A stretch of DNA of 14,589 nt, taken from Candidatus Baldrarchaeum yapensis (GTDB lineage Archaea; Asgardarchaeota; Baldrarchaeia; Baldrarchaeales; Baldrarchaeaceae). This document shows, one piece after another, positions 1 to 7,082 of this stretch (the first letter of the stretch is position 1; every line of letters starts with the position of its first letter). Location of the stretch: contig JAEOSH010000052.1 in the NCBI GenBank assembly GCA_016840465.1, positions 1-14,589 of the forward strand, written 5' to 3'. Position numbers and translations under genes: made by a program. Below the pieces are notes generated by a model. It was not told the DNA's origin, searched no databases, and was given only the letters and a program-made list of their open reading frames with translations.

Positions 1-4
1 TTAA

Positions 5-3000
5 ATGGAGAGCATAGTAATGATTTCGAAAAATTGGGCAAAACGCTTTTTGACGATTTTTATACTCCTATTAATAGTCGTTGCCGCCATGCTCGTCGTT
101 TTCGTGACATTCACCGGTGTCCCTTCTGCAATGGCAAGTAATGGAGTTCAAGATACGTGGTGGAACACCGACTGGCATTTTAGAGTGGAAATATCAATAT
201 CTGTGTCGGAGGCTATGGAAAACGCAAGCATGCCTATTTTCATGAACTTTTCGCAACTGCTTGAGCAGATAGATGACGGAGATAAGACTTTTGACATGAA
301 CTCGATAAGAGTTGTGGAATATGACTCCTCTGGGATTCCTGTGGGAGAATTGCCTTATGTCTTTATCAACGATTCCTTATGTGATCCAAGCGGTAATGCG
401 CATGGCTGGCTTATAGTTTTACTCACCGGTACTACGTCATCAGGAACCCCGAGAAGGTTATATGTATATTTTGATGTCGTGGAAAATGGAGTGAAGGATA
501 AAGTGTCTTATGAGCACGTAGTGAGTGGCTGGTGGGAGCAGTTTTACACAGCGGACAGTGCCATTTCATCCTATCCGGACTCTCCTTCAAGCCCAACGGA
601 CTTGAATTATCTATTCACGTCTACGAACACGGATAGATGGGGATCCTGCAGTATAATAAACTATGAAAGTACGAAAACCTATCAGGGGAACTTTCCCTCT
701 TATGCCGATCCTGATGGGGACATGAATCATTTTGGTGCGAATTGGACCGGATGGCTTTTTGTGCTGGCAGATGGGGTTTATTATTTTGAGACCAACTCGA
801 GCGATGGCTCTTGGCTCTTTATAAACGATACTGCCGTTGTCATTAACAATAACGGCCCCGGTGAAGATGAGGTTGCTCAAGCTAATGGGGCTATACACCT
901 ATCACGAGGTGTATGGAAAATAACGGTCATATTTCATGAGGGGAAGGAAAGATATTACTATTGGAATGGTGAACAGGCCTGTAAGGTGTACTGGAACGGT
1001 ACGGGGTCTCTGGATCTGATATCATCCGATTGGGTAACATGCTTCAAGTACGCCACCTATCCGGCAACATCTAAGTATACGGTCACTAAGAGCGATCCGG
1101 AGGGACTTCTAACAATAAATGTTGATGTTATTGATGCATCAGGAAACCCACTTCCATATACTAACGTCACGTTAGTCGATGACGCGACGGGGACTATAAT
1201 TGAGAGAAAGGTGGCCGATGCGAATGGAATTGCCAAATTTTTCCTTCCCGCCAGTGTGAACACCTATACTGTGAACGCAAGCTATGTTACCGATTACCTT
1301 TCAACGGAGGTCATCAATGAGACGATCATAGAGGTGACTAGTAGAAGGTCACAGGTGTTGGAGAAAACGTTAACGTTGAGAATCGCCGACATGGTTGTGA
1401 ATGTATATGATCTCGATTATAAACCGGTGAACGGCGCGAGGGTTGTGATATTCAGGGATGGAAATATTTACGCTGACGTGACCACGAGTGCATCTGGAAC
1501 GGTCGTGCTATCTCGATTTCCGATGGGAGAATACAGAGGAAATGTTTCATCGACCGATAATTACGGACAAGAGGTGAGTAATGAAAGTGTACTTCTAAAC
1601 TTTACAGAAGTTCCTTCCAACGGGTTTTCGGTGATTTTGAGTCTTGCAACGATAAACACAACCGTCGTCGATCTGCTGGGAAATTACATAGAGGACGGAA
1701 AGTGCGCTGCTGCACTTCATAGAGCATCAGATATGACATACCTAGATGGCGTGTACATCAAGGGCGGGAGGATCATTTTCGAGAACGTAAGGGCGGAGGA
1801 ATACTTATTGAAGATAACAGTTTACGAGCCGCAACTTTATGGACCATTCAACGTGTCGCTAAATGCAACAATCGAGAATGAACGAAAAATGGAGATCGTA
1901 CTTCCCTTAGGGCTCTTGAGAATCAACATTACTGATGTTAACGGGTTGCCGATGGATGGTGTCGAGGTGGAAGCTGAGAGCGTGAATACTGATACCATTT
2001 ACAGATTTGGGCCGGATACTACGAATGTTAATGGTGTTTGTGAGTTTAGTGGTGTACTTGTCAGGACTGAGATATCAGGCGGGGAAAGTGTTGAATGGCA
2101 GGTTACGATAAGGATAAACACGCCATTTGGGTGGAATCCTCCGTATATCGTGGGTGGAATTGTAATAAGCGGAAGCACATATACATTAAATGAGACGCTG
2201 GATGTCACGGATACTGTGTTTCATATGATAACAAATGATGATCCTCCGATGAATGCTTCATCTGCGCTTCTCTACTTAGAGTCGATGTCGGGTTACTGGA
2301 AGGGACATTCTTTAAGGGTGAGGGCAAACGCGACTGGACATGTTGTACTACGTCATCTACCCGTTGGAACCTACAACATCACGATTGAGTGGCTAGAAAA
2401 AACTTGGCCCCTACTAAACTCCACCGACGTACTGATACAGGACAATAGGAAATTGACTGTGATTCTGGGCGTAATGATAGGTGGGTCCGTGGAGTCGATA
2501 ATGGAACAAACTGGCGATGAGAACTTATTTGTATGTTACTGGAGCGATAGTCTCCTGATTAATATTACATTTTTCATAAAAACGGGAAAGGGAGAGGTTA
2601 TCAATATAAGCGGGGGAGCGCTCAACTGGACACTTATAGACAGAGCTAGTGGAAATATTGTTCTTCTGGGACAGTTAAGTGAAGAGAATAGTGTCTATCG
2701 ATTGTACTTGAACACGGCTCAGGTTAGTGTTGGAAACTACACAATAAGGATCACCGGATATAAGGAGGGATGTCCGACTCCTGATGCTCTTGAGTTGTAC
2801 CTTTTTGTGGAACCCGTGCCTACTGATCTAGTAGTTGAAGAGGGCGGGATTTACCACGTAGAGGAGGGTACCGATCGTCTCGCCGTAAGGGTGTGGTATG
2901 TGGATTTATTGCATGGCACAAATGTGAGTGATGCCCGTGTCACCTTAATATACAACGGAACCGAGTATCCGATGGTTCGTGGTGGATCGGGGGCGTATGA

Positions 3001-3427
3001 ATGTAGAATACCTGTTGCCAATTTGAAAGCTGGCGATGTAGTCAAAATTGTTGTCACCGCCGAGAAGGAGAATTTCGAGACAAAGAGCGCTGAACTGACC
3101 ATATCAATAACTTGGAGGTCCGTAAAAATACTATATTGGCGGATGCCACTGCCAGTATTTCTTACAATGATAGGATCCTTAGTTGGTGTTTCTACAATTG
3201 CATCGACTTATTTCGTAATAAAGAGAAAGCGGACACCTGTTGTTCTTAGGATTATGGGGAAAGTTTCCAAATATGTCAATAAGGGAAGGGCAGTGCCCTT
3301 AAAACTCGCAGATCCTTTGAGATCTAGAGATGAAATTATCAAGGGAATGATTAATGAGAGGTTTGAGAGCTTCGATCTGGAACCCCCTCAGACGGTTGAG
3401 ATCGTAGGTGAGCAGGAATACGGATGA
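5..3427 (+). CDS. Large type I membrane cell-surface glycoprotein: signal peptide, DUF2341-like domain, PA14 domain, about 5 CarboxypepD_reg-like plus 2 further Ig-like beta-sandwiches, C-terminal TM helix and 68-aa tail
   Basis: 1140-aa ORF. N-terminal KR plus hydrophobic stretch (aa 13-37) and possible AMA/S cleavage. WWNTDWHFRVEI motif (aa 52-63). PA14-like FGANWTGWL...DGVYYFETNSSDGSWLFIN...LSRGVWKITVIFHE. Repeated VxVxDxxGxP...TxxxGxVxF..LPxGxYxI units. TM at aa 1047-1072 followed by KRKR. Alternative start ATG at 20, with GGAG at 7-10. Confidence 0.85.
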   Translation: MESIVMISKNWAKRFLTIFILLLIVVAAMLVVFVTFTGVPSAMASNGVQDTWWNTDWHFRVEISISVSEAMENASMPIFMNFSQLLEQIDDGDKTFDMNSIRVVEYDSSGIPVGELPYVFINDSLCDPSGNAHGWLIVLLTGTTSSGTPRRLYVYFDVVENGVKDKVSYEHVVSGWWEQFYTADSAISSYPDSPSSPTDLNYLFTSTNTDRWGSCSIINYESTKTYQGNFPSYADPDGDMNHFGANWTGWLFVLADGVYYFETNSSDGSWLFINDTAVVINNNGPGEDEVAQANGAIHLSRGVWKITVIFHEGKERYYYWNGEQACKVYWNGTGSLDLISSDWVTCFKYATYPATSKYTVTKSDPEGLLTINVDVIDASGNPLPYTNVTLVDDATGTIIERKVADANGIAKFFLPASVNTYTVNASYVTDYLSTEVINETIIEVTSRRSQVLEKTLTLRIADMVVNVYDLDYKPVNGARVVIFRDGNIYADVTTSASGTVVLSRFPMGEYRGNVSSTDNYGQEVSNESVLLNFTEVPSNGFSVILSLATINTTVVDLLGNYIEDGKCAAALHRASDMTYLDGVYIKGGRIIFENVRAEEYLLKITVYEPQLYGPFNVSLNATIENERKMEIVLPLGLLRINITDVNGLPMDGVEVEAESVNTDTIYRFGPDTTNVNGVCEFSGVLVRTEISGGESVEWQVTIRINTPFGWNPPYIVGGIVISGSTYTLNETLDVTDTVFHMITNDDPPMNASSALLYLESMSGYWKGHSLRVRANATGHVVLRHLPVGTYNITIEWLEKTWPLLNSTDVLIQDNRKLTVILGVMIGGSVESIMEQTGDENLFVCYWSDSLLINITFFIKTGKGEVINISGGALNWTLIDRASGNIVLLGQLSEENSVYRLYLNTAQVSVGNYTIRITGYKEGCPTPDALELYLFVEPVPTDLVVEEGGIYHVEEGTDRLAVRVWYVDLLHGTNVSDARVTLIYNGTEYPMVRGGSGAYECRIPVANLKAGDVVKIVVTAEKENFETKSAELTISITWRSVKILYWRMPLPVFLTMIGSLVGVSTIASTYFVIKRKRTPVVLRIMGKVSKYVNKGRAVPLKLADPLRSRDEIIKGMINERFESFDLEPPQTVEIVGEQEYG

Positions 3428-3430
3428 TAT

Positions 3431-3460
3431 CTTCTGGTTTTCTCTTTCTTCTCACTTTAT
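3431..3460 (+). terminator. Probable archaeal T/pyrimidine-rich terminator of the surface-protein gene
   Basis: cttctggttttctctttcttctcactttat directly after the TGA at 3425-3427. The convergent gene also has TTTTT immediately after its own stop (3513-3517, minus strand). Confidence 0.45.
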
Positions 3461-3517
3461 TGTCTCATGCGAATTAAAGTTGACCAAAAATTGGAAGAAT
3501 ATATGTTCATTGAAAAA

Positions 3518-4669
3518 TTACCTTCTACGAGGTTCAAATATTGATCTGGAAACCGTTAGTTTCAATATTTCAGGCGTCCCTTGAGCAAATACCCATGTTT
3601 TTGCATCTCTGTAATACCTTTCGACATCAAAGTCCTCAATAGTTCCATATCCACCTAATGTGGTAACGGCGATATCCACCGCCTTTAACAGAACCCTCGA
3701 CGCAAGTTCCTTAGCCATGGCGCTTTCTTTTGCCACATTTTCGCCCTTATCATACATCCACGCGGCTTTGTACACCAGTAACCTTGCAGCCTCGAGATCC
3801 GCGAGCGCCTCCGCTATCGGGAAACTGATCGCCTGGAACTCATAGAGAGACCTTCCGAACGCCTTCCTCTCCTTGGCGTACTCTATTGCCTTATCGAGCG
3901 CCGCCCTCGCAAGTCCAAGATATCCCGCGGCCAGAGATATCCTGCACCGGTGAAGGGTCCTAACGGCGTATCCTAGGCCTCTTCCCTCCTCTCCGATCAG
4001 GTTCTCTTTCGGAACCCTGCAGTTCTCGAATATTACCTCGAATGGGCGGTGGCCTCTCAGACCCATGGGTATTAATTCCTTCCCTAAACGCACTCCAGGG
4101 CCCTTCTCGGCAACAAACAGGCTTATACCGCGAGCGCCTTTTTCTGGAGATGTCTTAGCCGTTATCACGAAGTACTGTGCCTCGTCTGCAAAGCTGATGT
4201 ACCACTTTCTTCCGTTAATTACGTACTCATCGCCATCCGCCTCCGCAGTTGTAGTTATAGCGGCGGCATCCGAGCCGCAATGGGGTTCTGTCATTGCAAA
4301 GGCGAATATTTTCCCCTCTTGGGTCAGCTTGGGAAGAAACTCCTTTTTCTGATTCTCCGTACCGAACAGGATCGAACTTCCACTCAGTTCTCCTATTTCG
4401 ACAAGAATACCACATGCGCCATTGAAATACGCTATTTCTTCAGCTATTGCAGTAAACCCTAAAACTCCCATTCCTTTCCCGCCATACTCTTTCGGGAAAC
4501 TCGTCGCCTGGAATGCATTCGGCGGGTTGTATATCTTTTCGATCAACTCATCGGGAATTTTGTTCTTTTTCTCAATTTCGGGCACAAGCGGTCGGATTTC
4601 CTTCTCAGCGAATTCACGTACCTTCTTCTTCAATTCCAATATTTCCGGAGGCAACTCAAAGAGAGACAC
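3518..4669 (-). CDS. Acyl-CoA dehydrogenase family flavoprotein with an atypical active site
   Basis: Motifs FPKEYGG, AMTEPHCGSD, INGRKWYIS, YAKERKAFG, LGGYG and ERYYRDAK. Start placed at GTG 4669, 6 nt after GGGGTG; the ORF track extends to TTG 4693. Confidence 0.92.
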   Translation of the reverse strand: MSLFELPPEILELKKKVREFAEKEIRPLVPEIEKKNKIPDELIEKIYNPPNAFQATSFPKEYGGKGMGVLGFTAIAEEIAYFNGACGILVEIGELSGSSILFGTENQKKEFLPKLTQEGKIFAFAMTEPHCGSDAAAITTTAEADGDEYVINGRKWYISFADEAQYFVITAKTSPEKGARGISLFVAEKGPGVRLGKELIPMGLRGHRPFEVIFENCRVPKENLIGEEGRGLGYAVRTLHRCRISLAAGYLGLARAALDKAIEYAKERKAFGRSLYEFQAISFPIAEALADLEAARLLVYKAAWMYDKGENVAKESAMAKELASRVLLKAVDIAVTTLGGYGTIEDFDVERYYRDAKTWVFAQGTPEILKLTVSRSIFEPRRR

Positions 4670-4874
4670 TATTGACACCCCAACTAACGCCAATATGGCT
4701 AAAGGATAGTATGAGAATCACATCATAAGTGTGAAGGTTTCCAGAAGAAAGTATTATCTTCCGTTTATCGGACTATCGCTGGGAAAAAATGAGCACTTTC
4801 GTAATTTCCTTGCGAGATGCGTTAGTGCAAAAAGAGAGTGTTGAAGAAGGTGGGGAGAACATGCCATGATTTAT

Positions 4875-5444
4875 TCATATTTGTATATCTAGTTGCCGGG
4901 CGATTGAGCGAAGCCTTTCGAGCACTTTAAATTCCAATGCTAATCTCTCCAACCTATCTCTATCAATCAAGTGCATGGAATTACTCAAAATGGCCATTAC
5001 GTCCTTCTCATCTCTATTACTCAAGTAATATGTCAATTTTGCGATTATCAGGTCCTCAGGTCCTTGCAACCATCCCTCGACGCCAAAGATCTTCATTCTT
5101 CGTCTTCCCTCGAATGCCAATTCATTAAGCCTTGTATACACGCCTTGTGCGTCTATCCAGAACGCCTCGTTCTTTTGAAAAATCGAGAAGTGACTTTTTT
5201 CTCTTAATGCTGTAATAATTTCCTTCTTTCCACCTAAAATTTCAAAACCATGTCTTTCGACGCATCTCACGAAACTCTCAATAACCTCCTCATCTTCCTC
5301 CGAAATTCGCAATATAACGTCGACATCCGCCGTCGATCGCGGCTCTCCATAATATATTGCTGCAATTCCTCCCACTATCACATAGTCGATGCCACAGTCC
5401 TCAAGCATCTTTATGCACTTTTTCAGGAAATCTTCCATGCTCAT
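4875..5444 (-). CDS. Nucleotidyltransferase, DUF1814/AbiEii-like (MenT1-like) putative toxin
   Basis: IVGGIA...GEPRSTADVD (GG plus DxD), a third Asp in WIDA, and EDLIIAKL...RDEKD. The ATG at 5444 overlaps the upstream TGA (ATGA) and follows GGGGAG; the ORF track begins at 5468. Confidence 0.8.
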   Translation of the reverse strand: MSMEDFLKKCIKMLEDCGIDYVIVGGIAAIYYGEPRSTADVDVILRISEEDEEVIESFVRCVERHGFEILGGKKEIITALREKSHFSIFQKNEAFWIDAQGVYTRLNELAFEGRRRMKIFGVEGWLQGPEDLIIAKLTYYLSNRDEKDVMAILSNSMHLIDRDRLERLALEFKVLERLRSIARQLDIQI

Positions 5445-5665
5445 AAGGCTCCCCGTGCCCTCATCCACCTTTCGCGCAGTATCCTTTTAGCCTCCTCATA
5501 TGAACATCCCAACTCGCTCATTATCCGCTCTACCTGTATTTTTACGACAGTATCGGTTATTTCCGCTGCAATTTTCAACCTTTCTTCCGGCGTTAACTGA
5601 ATCTTTCTCTTTTTCAAGCTTTTGGCATAACTTTTGAGCCTATCTGACAGTTCCACTTTGTCCAC
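5441..5665 (-). CDS. Small helical protein, putative antitoxin (MenA1-like)
   Basis: 74-aa ORF with a LTPEERLKIAAEITD...EEAKRILRERW pattern. Its stop overlaps the NTase start by 4 nt. Alternative GTG start at 5656 after GGTGGA. Confidence 0.7.
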   Translation of the reverse strand: MDKVELSDRLKSYAKSLKKRKIQLTPEERLKIAAEITDTVVKIQVERIMSELGCSYEEAKRILRERWMRARGAL

Positions 5666-6158
5666 CGGCGTTTCTTGTTCTTTTTAGGATTTTCTTCAAA
5701 ATGTCCAGAAGCCTCATGATATCTTCCCTATATACCTTTAATCTCTCCACGCTTTTTATAAAGCCATGATAAGAGTTGGCATGAAGCCTCCCGGCGACCG
5801 CAAATAGTTTTCCTAACTCTGGAATCCCCTCCTCCTCGGCTAGCCTTTTTACAATTTCGCTATAATCCCTAAGAGTGTAATGGGGCCAGCCCTTCAATTC
5901 TCCTATTGCGTTGAGCAATGATGCAACCGCACCCCAATATTTTTCCGATACCTGAACGATATCTCCGGTCTTGAGCGGAGATTCTGCCTCATTTAAATAC
6001 TTTTGGTGCAATTCGACATACGCGTCAGCACGAGTTCTGGGATCTGCGTCCTCCAGCACTTTTTCAACTATGTACTCTTCTAACTGCTTGCCGAGGGACT
6101 TGGCTCTTTTTCTCAGTGCTTCAACCAAAGACCTTAGAAGTGTTATCGAGACAGTCAT
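5640..6158 (-). CDS. PaREP1 family protein (N-terminal RHH-like segment plus HEPN-like domain), possibly degenerating
   Basis: GDIVQVSEKYWGA and LHANSYHGF match the PaREP1 QASEKxW and HxNFY signatures with substitutions. GAGGT lies upstream of the ATG. Overlaps the next gene by 26 nt. Confidence 0.85.
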   Translation of the reverse strand: MTVSITLLRSLVEALRKRAKSLGKQLEEYIVEKVLEDADPRTRADAYVELHQKYLNEAESPLKTGDIVQVSEKYWGAVASLLNAIGELKGWPHYTLRDYSEIVKRLAEEEGIPELGKLFAVAGRLHANSYHGFIKSVERLKVYREDIMRLLDILKKILKRTRNAGGQSGTVR

Positions 6159-6333
6159 GCTCCTACCTCTAAGTCAACATTACTCTCATAATGACAAAGT
6201 GTTGCCACGCATTCATAAACCAGATGATCTTTATCAATTATGCAAAGGCGTGGTAATCGTTATACGTTTCAGCACTCTTAAGATGAACCATAACTGCTAA
6301 TATCGTCAAATAGCCTGATATGGGGTGTTTTTC

Positions 6334-6999
6334 GTGAAGGCGATCGGGATCCTTGGATCTCCTAGGAGGATAGGGAATTCTGCGAAGATGCTGGATGCGA
6401 CGTTAAAGGTTCTTAGCGATAACGGGTTTGAGACCGAAGTTGTGTATCTGGCGGAGAAGAAGATAGGATACTGCTTGGGTTGTGGAACATGTCTGATGAA
6501 GGGCGAGTGTTTCCAAAGGGACGATATGGACGAGATAAGGAAGAAGATAGAGGAGAGCAATGTGGTGATCTTAGCGTCCCCCATGTACTACCTCAATGTG
6601 ACGGCGCAAATGAAGACGTTCATTGATAGGATGCTCGCATACGGTCATCGGCCGACGCTGACCGGAAAATACGGTGGGAGCATCGTTGTGTATGCGGGTG
6701 TCGGCGATCCGAAAGCGGTTGCGGATTACCTTAACATGGTCCTGAGAGCGTGGGGGATCATCCCCGTTGGATATGCGATAGGTTTCGGCGTTCTCCCGGG
6801 GGAAGTCAAGGAGGAGCATCTTAAAGAGGCGGAGAACCTCGGAAGGAGAATATTGAGGGCCATTGAGGAAGGATACAAGCCGGAGGTTGACGAAAGGGGG
6901 CGTAAACTTCAGGAGCAACTGCTTAAGCTGATAAGTGATTATAGGCATATTCTGAAGGCCGACTACGAGTTCTGGAAGAAGAAAGGAGTCTTAAAGTAA
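6334..6999 (+). CDS. Iron-sulfur flavoprotein / NAD(P)H-dependent FMN reductase (flavodoxin family)
   Basis: GSPRRIGNS FMN phosphate loop, CLGCGTCLMKGEC (Cx2Cx2Cx5C) followed by DDM, ASPMYYLNVTAQMKTFIDR. GTG 6334 lies 6 nt after GGGGTG; the ORF track begins at 6325. Confidence 0.92.
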   Translation: MKAIGILGSPRRIGNSAKMLDATLKVLSDNGFETEVVYLAEKKIGYCLGCGTCLMKGECFQRDDMDEIRKKIEESNVVILASPMYYLNVTAQMKTFIDRMLAYGHRPTLTGKYGGSIVVYAGVGDPKAVADYLNMVLRAWGIIPVGYAIGFGVLPGEVKEEHLKEAENLGRRILRAIEEGYKPEVDERGRKLQEQLLKLISDYRHILKADYEFWKKKGVLK

Positions 7000-7082
7000 A
7001 TGTACTATGCTGGGATGATTTGACAGAAGCAAATATATCTCCTTGGCCGCATCCTTATCTCCCACAAATCATCACGTGAGCG

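Noticed and set aside
611-3102. Minus-strand ORFs inside the surface-protein gene
   Set aside because: Antisense shadow frames of a long, well-supported CDS.
4875-5444. Reading the NTase as a classical minimal nucleotidyltransferase (MNT) of a HEPN-MNT pair
   Set aside because: At 189 aa with a GGxA...PRxTxDxD signature and a C-terminal helical part it is too long for an MNT (about 100 aa), and it has its own small coupled partner.
5971-6948. ORFs 5971-6300 (+), 6306-6584 (-) and 6571-6948 (-)
   Set aside because: They overlap PaREP1 or the flavoprotein on the opposite strand and have no family features.
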